From Candidatus Methanomethylophilaceae archaeon (GTDB lineage Archaea; Thermoplasmatota; Thermoplasmata; Methanomassiliicoccales; Methanomethylophilaceae), in NCBI GenBank assembly GCA_050950505.1, contig JBMNHS010000001.1, positions 896,001 through 960,000 on the forward strand: 64,000 nucleotides of DNA, read 5' to 3'. Positions 12,134 to 22,201 of the stretch are shown here, piece after piece (the stretch's first letter is position 1; every line of letters starts with the position of its first letter). Under the pieces are notes generated by a model. It saw only the letters and a program-made list of their open reading frames with translations. It was not told where the DNA came from and searched no databases. The position numbers and the translations under genes are program-made.

Positions 12134-14228
12134 GTGGTCCCCGCGAAAGCGGGGGTGATCCTCATTCATGAAGCCTATCAGACGAAAACTCGGTGGTCCC
12201 CGCGAAAGCGGGGGTGATCCTATGAGAGACAGATAGAGATTATCGACAGGTGTGGTCCCCGCGAAAGCGGGGGTGATCCCCATGTTCATTGACACGCCAA
12301 TCGCAACAAGAAGTGGTCCCCGCGAAAGCGGGGGTGATCCTATTCTCCAACGACATCTTATCAGTTGCTATTCTAGTGGTCCCCGCGAAAGCGGGGGTGA
12401 TCCTCTCAGGCAACGTCACTTGTGGTATCCGACGTGTGGTCCCCGCGAAAGCGGGGGTGATCCTGGTAAGGTTCTTTTTCGTCCTCAAGTAGCACGTGGT
12501 CCCCGCGAAAGCGGGGGTGATCCTACGTAGCAACCATATGTTACGGGATGATATCCTTTGTGGTCCCCGCGAAAGCGGGGGTGATCCTCGGGTACATATC
12601 GTTCCTGATTATCTGGTTGAGTGGTCCCCGCGAAAGCGGGGGTGATCCTCAGGTGTAGATTCTGGACGGCTATAATCAGTGTGGTCCCCGCGAAAGCGGG
12701 GGTGATCCTCAGCACTGATTACAGCGAGAATGTCATACTAGTGGTCCCCGCGAAAGCGGGGGTGATCCTAGGTCCAGAACGACTTTTAAGACGTCTAATA
12801 GGGTGGTCCCCGCGAAAGCGGGGGTGATCCTAGTCCTTGACCGTCAGATATCAACATGTAGGTGGTCCCCGCGAAAGCGGGGGTGATCCTGAGAACTCGC
12901 AGCCGTCAACCGAGGAGGAGTGGTCCCCGCGAAAGCGGGGGTGATCCTATCAATAAGACTGTCCTATTATGTCGAATCGGGTGGTCCCCGCGAAAGCGGG
13001 GGTGATCCCCTCATCGTATGATCATCGAACTTCCACGGTGGTCCCCGCGAAAGCGGGGGTGATCCTGCAGCTGGTCAAGCACGATATAGGAAATGGTGGT
13101 CCCCGCGAAAGCGGGGGTGATCCTCTGTGATCTTCAACCGTTCCAAGTACCTCATTCTTTAAGTGGTCCCCGCGAAAGCGGGGGTGATCCTCGTCTAGAC
13201 TTCGCACTCTCGGTCAAGTCGGTGGTCCCCGCGAAAGCGGGGGTGATCCTACTTACATGTCTGCCGGAAATGATCGGTGCAATGACATGCGTGGTCCCCG
13301 CGAAAGCGGGGGTGATCCTAGATATGACTTAATTGATCTCATGTAATCAGTGGTCCCCGCGAAAGCGGGGGTGATCCCATACCCATGCGTCTTTATCGCG
13401 GAGTCTGGTGGTCCCCGCGAAAGCGGGGGTGATCCTGAGGCAACCAATAGCAATTAAGGGTCAGGTCGGTGGTCCCCGCGAAAGCGGGGGTGATCCTACT
13501 TGACCAAAGACGGTTCAGGATGCCGATTGGTGGTCCCCGCGAAAGCGGGGGTGATCCTGACCACCTACACCACAACCCAGATATCTGATGGTGGTCCCCG
13601 CGAAAGCGGGGGTGATCCCTTGGTCAAATCGACGGCGAATTTTGTCGGCTCGTGGTCCCCGCGAAAGCGGGGGTGATCCTACTTGCAGGCTATTAGCCGT
13701 GTAATGTCGGGCGTGGTCCCCGCGAAAGCGGGGGTGATCCCTCAGTAGGATAGTCAAGGCGACTGACGGCGTAGTGGTCCCCGCGAAAGCGGGGGTGATC
13801 CCGCATACCGCGAACGCAGGCTGGGGAGAACTGGGTGGTCCCCGCGAAAGCGGGGGTGATCCTATCCCGATAACGATTAGAGACAGGGAAATCAAGTGGT
13901 CCCCGCGAAAGCGGGGGTGATCCTTATATGCATATCTTGTAATATCTCTGTATGCCGTGGTCCCCGCGAAAGCGGGGGTGATTCTTGCTTGTAGAGTCCG
14001 CCGAGTTTTTTCATGTGGTGGTCCCCGCGAAAGCGGGGGTGATCCTCTGCCCTGTGGGTGCGCTTATCGATGAACCCTGTGGTCCCCGCAAAAGCGGGGG
14101 TGATCCCGGATTTATTGTTTTTGCTACTGTGTACAGTATGTGGTCCCCGCGAAAGCGGGGGTGATCCTGGGAGTATGAGTTGGAAAAACACCTAGCACCG
14201 GTGGTCCCCGCGAAAGCGGGGGTGATTC
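12134..14228 (+). CRISPR. type I-E CRISPR array, 35 repeats and 34 spacers, repeat GTGGTCCCCGCGAAAGCGGGGGTGATCC followed by T or C
   Basis: 28-nt hairpin repeat (CCCCGC-GAAA-GCGGGG) counted manually from 12134 to 14201; variants at repeats 31, 33 and 35. Confidence 0.99.
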
Positions 14229-14287
14229 ATATAACTCGAATTTGATGCTCAGAGACAGCTTTTAAATAATTAATTTGATAAATTGAT

Positions 14288-14320
14288 ATCGGACAGCATT
14301 TTTGAGAAAAACTGTCCGAT
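14288..14320. terminator. inverted repeat between the array end and the convergent gene, possible terminator
   Basis: ATCGGACAG (14288-14296) / CTGTCCGAT (14312-14320) flanking T- and A-runs. Confidence 0.45.
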
Positions 14321-14357
14321 CTGAAATAGTTTTTATCGTTCAGATGTTGTAGAATTC

Positions 14358-14852
14358 TTATTTCATGTGGACTTTGTTTTCCGCCAAAGCCTTGTGATAT
14401 TTTCCTGTGACCGATTCCGCTTCAATTTTGTATACGATGGTAGGGGGGATTTTTTTGTCATCCATTCCCGTCTTTCCGGGTACAAGTTTGTCAACGATTT
14501 CCAGAAGCATTTTCTTTTTTGTTTCGGAATCGTCAATTATCTTAACCTTCCCCCGTATAATCACGGATTCGTACACGGTGGTGGTGTCGCACGCGGCGGT
14601 ACCGCAGTCTTCGTATCCGGTTCTTTCCCAAACGGTGAAACACACTCTGGGGTCTCTTTCGATGTTTCCGACCTTTTCACCTATTTTGCGTCCGTGTATG
14701 TAGACATCCCCGTCCATGATTACGTAATTTACAGGCGAAGCATAAGGAAAACCGTCTTCTCCGTTGGTCGACAGGACGCCGACATCGGTTCTGTTTAAAA
14801 GATTCAAAATTTCTTTTTCATCCATTTTGTTTTTCATCATATTCGGTTGCAT
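14358..14852 (-). CDS. pyridoxamine 5'-phosphate oxidase-like (NimA-type) flavin-binding protein
   Basis: GVLSTNGEDGFPYASPVNY, YIHG, K..NIERDPRVCFTV, YESVIIRG. Confidence 0.8.
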   Translation of the reverse strand: MQPNMMKNKMDEKEILNLLNRTDVGVLSTNGEDGFPYASPVNYVIMDGDVYIHGRKIGEKVGNIERDPRVCFTVWERTGYEDCGTAACDTTTVYESVIIRGKVKIIDDSETKKKMLLEIVDKLVPGKTGMDDKKIPPTIVYKIEAESVTGKYHKALAENKVHMK

Positions 14853-15015
14853 TAGGGATTACCTCACAATATTGCAATCGCGATTAATCTGATGCATTAA
14901 ATAGATTTACGATTTTGTGCAATTTCAAAAAATTTTCAGTTGAGTCTGGATGGCATGGGAAGAGTTCTTTGAAGGGATTGACGGACACCGAGAATCCTGC
15001 ATAAGGGGAATGATA

Positions 15016-15091
15016 TGGTGGGCCCGCCCGGATTTGAACCGGAGTCAATAACTCCCGAAGCTACTAGTATACCAAGCTAACCCACGGGCCC
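15016..15091 (-). tRNA. tRNA-Pro(CGG), CCA encoded
   Basis: Reverse complement GGGCCCGTGGGTTAGCTTGGTATACTAGTAGCTTCGGGAGTTATTGACTCCGGTTCAAATCCGGGCGGGCCCACCA folds as a cloverleaf with anticodon CGG. Confidence 0.95.
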
Positions 15092-15128
15092 TTGTGCTCT
15101 GTATCAAGCACTATGATTAATAGATTTC

Positions 15129-17762
15129 TTATGAAATCATATTCCTCAGTACGTATTGGAGTATGCCCCCGTTTGCCAGATACTCTATCTCGGCGGGAAC
15201 GTCCGCTCTGCATATGACGTCGAAATCGATTTTCTTTCCGTCTCTGTAAGCGGTTACCGGCACCAATGAACCGGGTTCGATACCTTCAAGGAAAATATCG
15301 AAAGTCTCGGTCCCGTCCAAACCCAGGGATTCGGAGTTCTGGCCGTTGACGAACTGCAACGGCACGATTCCCATTCCAATCAGATTGGACCTGTGGATTC
15401 TTTCGTAGGATTCGGCGATGACGGCTTCGATTCCCAGAAGAAGAGGTCCTTTCGCGGCCCAGTCCCTGGAACTTCCCGTGCCGTATTCCTTGCCCGCAAG
15501 GACTATCAGCGGCGTTCTGTCTTCGGCATATCTTTCGGAGGTTTCGAATATCGTACTCTTCTTTTTCTCCGGTAGGTAAACGGAATGGCTTCCTTCGGTG
15601 TTCGGAACCAATTCGTTCTTCAGTCTTATGTTCGCGAAAGTTCCGCGGACCATTATTTCGTGATTTGCCCTTCTGGAACCGTAAGAATTGAAGTCTTCCT
15701 TTTTCACTCCGCGTTCCTTAAGATAAATTCCGGCATCGCTGTCTTCCGAGAAAGATCCTGCGGGGGAGATGTGATCCGTCGTAATCGTGTCTCCGAGTTT
15801 TGCGATGCACCTTGCACTCTTTATGTCCCTGATTTCCGGATCTTCGAAGATTTCGTCGAAGAAGGTAGGTCTGCGTATGTAAGTGGAATTCTCATCCCAG
15901 TTGAAAAGAGGGGATTCCTCGTAAGGCACCGCTTCCCATCTTTCGGACCCTTTAAACACGTCTTTGTATTCTTTCACGTAAGTTTCGGTGTTGACGTATT
16001 CGTTCTGTATTCTTTCGACTTCTTCGTCATCCGGCCAGATATCCCTCAGGAAAATCTCTTTTCCTTCGAAGACTCCCAGAGGTTCGGTTTCAAAGTCAAT
16101 GTCAATCCGTCCCGCAATCGCGTATGCGATTACCAACGGCGGGGATGCGATGTAGTTCGCTTTTACCAAGGAGTGAATTCTTCCTTCGAAATTGCGGTTG
16201 TTGGACGCAACGGCGGCGACAGCCAGATCTTTGTCGGTTATCTGTTTCGATACCTTCGGGGACAAAGGTCCGCTGTTGCCTATACAGGTCATGCATCCGT
16301 ATCCGCATACGTGGAATCCCAAATCTTCCATGGGGTTCAGAAGTCCGGACTGTCTCAGATATCCCGTGACCGCTTTCGATCCGGGCGCCAGGGATGTTTT
16401 TACATAATCTTTTTTTCTCAATCCGTATTTCACGGCGTTCTTCGCCAACACCCCGGCGGCAATCATGACCGAAGGGTTTGCGGTGTTTGTGCATGAGGTT
16501 ATGGACGCTATCACAACCGAACCGTCCCCCAGCCCGTCTCCGGAGGGAACTCTTCTTTCGGTTACGTTCAGATCCGTCATCGTGTTTTTGAAAGCGTTCT
16601 TCATCTCTGACAGCGGGATGCGGTCCTGAGGTCTCTTGTGGCCGGCCAATGACGGTTCCACGTCGCCAAGATCCAATTCCAGCATGTCGGTGTATTCCGC
16701 TTCCCCGGTATACCACAGACCTTGTTCCTTTGCGTATTTCTCTATGGTATCGATGTGCTCCGGACTCTTTCCGGTCAGCACGAGATACTCTACGGTTTTA
16801 CCGTCAATGGGACAGAATCCCATGGTTGCCCCGTATTCCGGAGCCATATTGGACAGAGTTGCCCGGTCGGCCAAATCCAAATTTTCATAACCCGGTCCGC
16901 AGAATTCCACGAACTTTCCCACAACGCCTTTTTCTCTGAGCATCTGCACGCAGGTCAGCACGAGGTCCGTGGCGTTGACGCCCGGCCTAAGTTTTCCTTT
17001 TAGTCTGAATCCTATGACGTCCGGAAGGCTCATGTAACTGGGCTGTCCGACCATCACGGCCTCTGCCTCGATGCCTCCGACCCCCCATCCGACCACTCCG
17101 AGACCGTTGATCTGCGGAGTGTGGGAATCCGTGCCGAAACAGGAATCGGGATAAGCCACCAGTCTTCCGTTTTCTTCCTTTACATGAATCACCGGTGAAA
17201 GATATTCAAGATTGACCTGGTGACAGATTCCGTTCCCGGGAGGGACGACTCTGAAATTTCCGAAAGAATTCTGGGCCCATTTGAACAATGCGTACCGTTC
17301 TTTATTTCTCTCAAATTCCAATTCCTCGTTCAGATTCTGAGCGTCGGGCACTCCGGCATAATCCGTGTGAACCGAATGATCGATGACCAAATCGACGGGA
17401 ACGAGAGGGTCTATCCGCGAAGGGTCCAAACCCATGTCCGCCACGGAATCTCTCATGGCCGCCAAGTCGACGACGGCGGCACCGCCGGTAAGGTCCTGCA
17501 GCAGAACCCTTGCCGGAATCCACGGAACATCCTCATCCGATCTGTCTTTGGGTTTCCAGGATGCGGCGGTGTACACGTTTTTGTCCGTAATCTGTTTTCC
17601 GTCCCTTTTCCGGAGCATCGATTCTATTATCACTTTAATTGAATAGGGTATTTTTGAAAGGTCTTTTATGATCCCTTTCTCCTCAAGTTCCCTGAGACTG
17701 TAAACATCGATTTCACCTTCGTCGGTGACGATGGTCCTGATGCACTTTCCTATCTCTTTCAT
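15129..17762 (-). CDS. acnA: aconitate hydratase AcnA
   Basis: PARVLLQD, DLVIDHS, GICHQVNLE, TDSHT, ITSCTNT, GCMTCIGNSG, GTGSSRDWAAKG. Confidence 0.95.
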   Translation of the reverse strand: MKEIGKCIRTIVTDEGEIDVYSLRELEEKGIIKDLSKIPYSIKVIIESMLRKRDGKQITDKNVYTAASWKPKDRSDEDVPWIPARVLLQDLTGGAAVVDLAAMRDSVADMGLDPSRIDPLVPVDLVIDHSVHTDYAGVPDAQNLNEELEFERNKERYALFKWAQNSFGNFRVVPPGNGICHQVNLEYLSPVIHVKEENGRLVAYPDSCFGTDSHTPQINGLGVVGWGVGGIEAEAVMVGQPSYMSLPDVIGFRLKGKLRPGVNATDLVLTCVQMLREKGVVGKFVEFCGPGYENLDLADRATLSNMAPEYGATMGFCPIDGKTVEYLVLTGKSPEHIDTIEKYAKEQGLWYTGEAEYTDMLELDLGDVEPSLAGHKRPQDRIPLSEMKNAFKNTMTDLNVTERRVPSGDGLGDGSVVIASITSCTNTANPSVMIAAGVLAKNAVKYGLRKKDYVKTSLAPGSKAVTGYLRQSGLLNPMEDLGFHVCGYGCMTCIGNSGPLSPKVSKQITDKDLAVAAVASNNRNFEGRIHSLVKANYIASPPLVIAYAIAGRIDIDFETEPLGVFEGKEIFLRDIWPDDEEVERIQNEYVNTETYVKEYKDVFKGSERWEAVPYEESPLFNWDENSTYIRRPTFFDEIFEDPEIRDIKSARCIAKLGDTITTDHISPAGSFSEDSDAGIYLKERGVKKEDFNSYGSRRANHEIMVRGTFANIRLKNELVPNTEGSHSVYLPEKKKSTIFETSERYAEDRTPLIVLAGKEYGTGSSRDWAAKGPLLLGIEAVIAESYERIHRSNLIGMGIVPLQFVNGQNSESLGLDGTETFDIFLEGIEPGSLVPVTAYRDGKKIDFDVICRADVPAEIEYLANGGILQYVLRNMIS

Positions 17763-17874
17763 TCTATCTCCCCCCGTATGAAGGTGGAGTAATATAAGGT
17801 TCTCTGGACCGGTTTCTATGTTTCGCAGAATAAGTTTCGTGCATTATATCAACCATTAAATCAAATGTATCTTT

Positions 17875-18537
17875 ATGCGTTGTTGCAAAATCCTGCTGGA
17901 CCGGGAAAGAAGAATAAAGGAACATCCCTGTCATTATTTTTTGCCCTTTGACGTGGAAAAGGATGTCAATATACGGATTCTGTCGTGTTCGATGATTGAC
18001 GAAATCAGTGGCTATTCAATCATGGGAATTACCGACAATTGTGGTGTTGTCAAGGAAGGTCAATACGTAAAGGAAGACGGCAAATGCGACATCGTGAGCG
18101 TCGGGTCCGATTCCTATATGGCAATCGTGACCAACATGAAATGTGTTCTGGCGAGATTGATCAATGAATCGAGATGTTTTCTCGTATCCGCCGTGCCTCA
18201 AACCGATACGTTGATCGAATGGACTCTGGTCGGTCCTTCCGACGGTGCACTGTCCGACCTGAGAAGAAGGATGAAAGAAGAAGGTTACGAATTCAAGACC
18301 CAGGCCATATATGAAATTGATTCCAAGATATCCCTCACGACCAAAGAAGTCGATGCTTTCAACCTTGCCATGAATCTGGGATATTATGACGTGCCCAAGA
18401 GAACCACCCTGGATTCGATCTGCGCACTGTTGGGCTGTTCCAAATCCACTTTGAATGTCCGTTTAAGAAATGCGGAAAAGAAAATCTTTGAACATTACAG
18501 AATATTCTCCATGGGATCCCATATGAAACGAATTTGA
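17875..18537 (+). CDS. HTH_10 (bacterio-opsin activator-type) transcriptional regulator
   Basis: C-terminal LTTKE...AMNLGYYDVPKRTTL...LGCSKSTLNVRLRNAEKKI. Confidence 0.85.
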   Translation: MRCCKILLDRERRIKEHPCHYFLPFDVEKDVNIRILSCSMIDEISGYSIMGITDNCGVVKEGQYVKEDGKCDIVSVGSDSYMAIVTNMKCVLARLINESRCFLVSAVPQTDTLIEWTLVGPSDGALSDLRRRMKEEGYEFKTQAIYEIDSKISLTTKEVDAFNLAMNLGYYDVPKRTTLDSICALLGCSKSTLNVRLRNAEKKIFEHYRIFSMGSHMKRI

Positions 18538-18549
18538 ACATGTTCGTAA
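18534..18549 (+). promoter_or_regulatory. palindromic operator copy 1 (TTGAACATGTTCGTAA), upstream of the MFS gene TATA box
   Basis: Same motif at 20120 and 22116; TTATTTAA begins at 18553. Confidence 0.7.
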
Positions 18550-18624
18550 TTCTTATTTAATATTCACATTGTGCTGTTTCCTTAGCGATTGACGAACCTC
18601 CGTCTACCCGGTCGGAGGAATACA

Positions 18625-19956
18625 ATGGCAATTGATGTAGAAAAGAAAAAAAAGACACTGTCATACAGATGGCTGATCTTTATCGTCCTAGCATTGGCGT
18701 ACTTCTTTGTATACTTCCACCGCACGACCGGTGGGGCTATATCGGATACAATGCAGGAATACTACGGGGTAGGAACCGCTTCGGTGGCCCTGTTGGCTTC
18801 GGCTTATCTGTATGCGTACACACTGATGCAGCTGCCGAGCGGCATGCTTACGGATAAATTGGGCCCGAGACAGGCCGCCACGATCTTCGTTTTATTGATT
18901 GGTATAGGTTCTGTTCTGGGCGCATATTCGGCGACCATAGTGAACTTCAATCTGATGATTGTCGCCAAGTTCCTGATCGGTATCGGAGCCGCTGTGGTGT
19001 ACATACCCATAATGAAGATACTGGCCGTTTGGTTCAGGAAGAACGAATTTGCATCCATGAGCGGAGTTTTGTTGCTTGTGGGTAATGTAGGAGGAATAGC
19101 CGCCGCGGCCCCCATGGTCCTCATGATAGATTCACTGGGAATTCAGAACACATACCTCATACTGGCCGTAATCACGGTCCTTATCGCGGTTCTCTGTTGG
19201 ATTGTCGTTCGCGATCACCCCTCCCAGAAGGGACTTCCCGCAATTGAGGACATTGTCGCGGAGGAAACCGGAGAACCGGTGACTGAGTCCACTTCCGACA
19301 AAATCGGAACCATGGAGGCGCTGAAGAGAACATTCTCCAGCGGAAGGAAGTTCTGGCCCCTGGCGATTTGGTTCTTCTGCATATACGGAACAATCATGCT
19401 CTGGCAGGCATCTCAGGCCGGTTCATTTTACAGAAACATATACGGTTTCAGTATCAGTGAAGCGGGACTTATGGTGACGATGGTCGGAGTCGGAATGGTA
19501 TTCGGATGTCCTTTGGCGGGAGTTCTCTCGGACAGAGTGTTCAAATCCCGTAAGAAGGTGATAGTCTTCGGTACGCTTGTTTACACGGCCATATGGGCTG
19601 TGATATACTTCATGACCGGAAACGTGTCCGGCAACAGCTTCGCGATACAGGGTGCAATCAACTTTGCGTTCGGATTCTTCGGAGGGTTCTTCGTGGTGTC
19701 CTATTCGCAGATCAAGGAACTTTACCCTATTGCCATGGCGGGAACATCAACGGCTTCGCTTAACCTGTTCCCCTTCCTTGGAGGTGCGGTGCTTATCACC
19801 ATAGCCGGTTATCTGGTGACCGACAAGACATTGGTCCAGTTCCAGAATGTGTGGCTGATGGCTTTGATACTGATGATCATCGGAAGCATCTGTGCGATAC
19901 TCTCTGTTGAAAAGAAGGATCTGGACAAGTTGGAGGCCGCAAAAAATAAAGATTAA
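18625..19956 (+). CDS. MFS transporter
   Basis: About 12 hydrophobic segments, MFS motif GMLTDKLGPR; ATG at 18625 after SD GGAGG. Confidence 0.9.
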   Translation: MAIDVEKKKKTLSYRWLIFIVLALAYFFVYFHRTTGGAISDTMQEYYGVGTASVALLASAYLYAYTLMQLPSGMLTDKLGPRQAATIFVLLIGIGSVLGAYSATIVNFNLMIVAKFLIGIGAAVVYIPIMKILAVWFRKNEFASMSGVLLLVGNVGGIAAAAPMVLMIDSLGIQNTYLILAVITVLIAVLCWIVVRDHPSQKGLPAIEDIVAEETGEPVTESTSDKIGTMEALKRTFSSGRKFWPLAIWFFCIYGTIMLWQASQAGSFYRNIYGFSISEAGLMVTMVGVGMVFGCPLAGVLSDRVFKSRKKVIVFGTLVYTAIWAVIYFMTGNVSGNSFAIQGAINFAFGFFGGFFVVSYSQIKELYPIAMAGTSTASLNLFPFLGGAVLITIAGYLVTDKTLVQFQNVWLMALILMIIGSICAILSVEKKDLDKLEAAKNKD

Positions 19957-20119
19957 ATCGCTCCAGCCTCTTTCAAACCTTTTATTCCTGTTAACAGGGG
20001 ATCCGTCCCCTTTTAACAGGAAACCTTTACTTATTTTTAAATTATTATTCAATTTATATCTGTTTAAAGATATCTTATATTTAAATGTTTAATCACGTTA
20101 ATATAGGTGGGATGAATGA

Positions 20120-20135
20120 TACGAACAGGTTCGTA
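20120..20135 (+). promoter_or_regulatory. palindromic operator copy 2 (TACGAACAGGTTCGTA), upstream of the corrinoid gene TATA box
   Basis: Near-perfect palindrome followed by TTATATA at 20141. Confidence 0.72.
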
Positions 20136-20215
20136 ATTTCTTATATATCCCCGGTATACGATATTTATTTTGGGTAGACGGAGAAAATGCTCAATCGTTC
20201 AAGGAGGAATAAATA

Positions 20216-20866
20216 ATGAGCAAAGAAGAAATTTTGCAGGAATTGGCCGACGTGGTCATAAATCTCAATCCCGCCATAGCAAAAACAGTTGCACAGAAGG
20301 CGTTGGATGCCAAGATGGATCCGGTTGAGGCCATAAACAAGGGGTTGGTAATAGGAATGGGAGTAATCAGTGATAGATACGCCAACAAGGAGATTTATCT
20401 CCCTCAGGTTCTTGTTGCTGCACACGCAATGTATGAAGGATTGGATGTTTTGACACCCGCTATTCCCAAAAAGAGTATGGAAGACACGAGAACCGCGGTT
20501 GCCGCGGTTGTTCAAGGTGATGTCCACGACATCGGAAAGAACATCGTGAAAACGATGCTTACCGCCGCCGGATACATGGTCAACGATTTAGGGAACGATG
20601 TTTCGCCGGTATTGATAGCCGATACGGCGAAAGATGAGAAAATCGACATCGTATGTCTCAGCACGCTGATGACTCCCACAATGGACGCCATGGCCGCCGC
20701 GGTAAAGAATCTGTTTGATAACGGTTATCGTGAGAACTGTATCGTAACCATCGGAGGTCCGCCAACCAGCGATAAATTCGCCAAAGAAATAGGCGCGGAT
20801 CACCGTGATACGGATGCCCAACACTGTGTCAAATTCGTCAACGAAGAAATCAAAAATAGGGGTTGA
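20216..20866 (+). CDS. methyltransferase cognate corrinoid protein (MtaC/MtbC/MtpC family)
   Basis: Cap domain plus B12-binding motif GDVHDIGKNIV, STLMTPT, IGGPP. Confidence 0.92.
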   Translation: MSKEEILQELADVVINLNPAIAKTVAQKALDAKMDPVEAINKGLVIGMGVISDRYANKEIYLPQVLVAAHAMYEGLDVLTPAIPKKSMEDTRTAVAAVVQGDVHDIGKNIVKTMLTAAGYMVNDLGNDVSPVLIADTAKDEKIDIVCLSTLMTPTMDAMAAAVKNLFDNGYRENCIVTIGGPPTSDKFAKEIGADHRDTDAQHCVKFVNEEIKNRG

Positions 20867-20871
20867 TAAGA

Positions 20872-21909
20872 ATGGCAAAGATGACACCTAGGGAAAGAGT
20901 TCTCGCAGCGTTGAGACAGGAATCTCTGGACAGACCTCCCGTCGCATGTTTCACCACCTGCGACACAATCGGTATGCAGAATATTTCGGGCGCCAAGTGG
21001 CCCGAAGCCCACTCTGATCCGAAACTGATGGCGACTTTGGGTTGCGCACAGGCCGATTATTTCGGTCTTGAATCAGTAAGATCGGGATTCTGTCTCACGC
21101 AGGAGGCAGATGTTTTCGGGGCCGGAGTAAACATAGGAACGCCTACAGCTTCACCGATGGTGAAGACGCATCCGTTCACATTCGAACCCATGAAGAATGT
21201 TTACGACGAACCCGAAAACCTGCCGGACCTTGAAGCCTATCCCACCATGAAAAGATTGGGAACAACCGTCGAAGCTATGGGCATAATGAAGAAAACCCAC
21301 GGCGAAAATTATGTGATCATCGGAGGAAACACCGGTCCCTTCACGGTAACCGGACACCTGTTGAACACCGAGAATCTGATATATTCGGTATGGACCGCAC
21401 CGGACATGGCCAAAAAATGGCTCTCCGCCGTTGAAAAGTACTGCAAGGCATTCGCGGAAGCCCTTTACGCAGGTGGAGCGGACGTCGTGCAGATGTCGGA
21501 ACCTTCGGCATCCGCGGATATACTGTCGCCGGATCAGTTCCCGGAATTTTCCGGACAGTACGTGAAGAGAGCTCTCGGAGATCTGCCGGGTAAATCCGTG
21601 CTGCACATCTGCGGTGACACATCGGTGATAATGCCGTTGATGATGGACACGGGAGTGACCGCCATATCCATTGAGGAAAAGGTGAATCCCTACAAAGCCA
21701 TTGAAATTGTCAACGGAAGGACTGCCGTGGTAGGCAACGTGGGATGTGCATATCCTTTGTACAAAGGAACTCCCGAAGAGGTCGAAAAAGACGCAAAGGT
21801 CTGCATGGATGCGGGCTTTAACGTAGTATCTGCGGGATGCGGTGTCCCCATAGGCACGCCCGATGAGAACATCCGTGCACTGGTCCGCGCAGTCAAGGGT
21901 GATGCCTGA
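20872..21909 (+). CDS. MtaA/CmuA family methylcobamide:CoM (thiol) methyltransferase, copy 1
   Basis: MTPRERVLAAL...DRPPV, GPFT, zinc ligands LHICG and AGCG. Confidence 0.9.
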   Translation: MAKMTPRERVLAALRQESLDRPPVACFTTCDTIGMQNISGAKWPEAHSDPKLMATLGCAQADYFGLESVRSGFCLTQEADVFGAGVNIGTPTASPMVKTHPFTFEPMKNVYDEPENLPDLEAYPTMKRLGTTVEAMGIMKKTHGENYVIIGGNTGPFTVTGHLLNTENLIYSVWTAPDMAKKWLSAVEKYCKAFAEALYAGGADVVQMSEPSASADILSPDQFPEFSGQYVKRALGDLPGKSVLHICGDTSVIMPLMMDTGVTAISIEEKVNPYKAIEIVNGRTAVVGNVGCAYPLYKGTPEEVEKDAKVCMDAGFNVVSAGCGVPIGTPDENIRALVRAVKGDA

Positions 21910-22115
21910 AGACGGATTCAGGCAACAAACGGAAACATAACAGGGTCTCCGGACCCTGGTTTTTATTCTTTTTTCTTCACAATATATGTGTTTTTTCAAG
22001 CGGTCTGTGACAGGTTCAGACTGTGTATTTTTTATTTTTTCATACATAGCCAGTACTAAAATTTGATATGTCAGAAATCGGTTCGGATCAGGTCTTTCCG
22101 TCAAACCGGAATATA

Positions 22116-22129
22116 ACGAACATGTTCGT
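22116..22129 (+). promoter_or_regulatory. palindromic operator copy 3 (ACGAACATGTTCGT), upstream of the second methyltransferase TATA box
   Basis: Perfect 14-bp palindrome followed by TTTATTA at 22134. Confidence 0.72.
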
Positions 22130-22201
22130 AAACTTTATTATCTATCAACATCGCGGTATAAAATTCAAGCAGATTTTCTGCGTTGTGGAAGGATATAAAT
22201 T

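Noticed and set aside
12071-14191. Many short ORFs with repeated VVPAKAGVIL / ITPAFAGTT peptides
   Set aside because: Translations of CRISPR repeats
12162-14200. Self-targeting or duplicated spacers
   Set aside because: None noticed by eye (only a 9-nt CATGTCTGC match between spacer 19 and 2692-2700); a proper alignment is needed to exclude them
15016-15091. tRNA-Pro as the integration site of the CRISPR island
   Set aside because: No duplicated tRNA 3' end (att) and no integrase seen in the window
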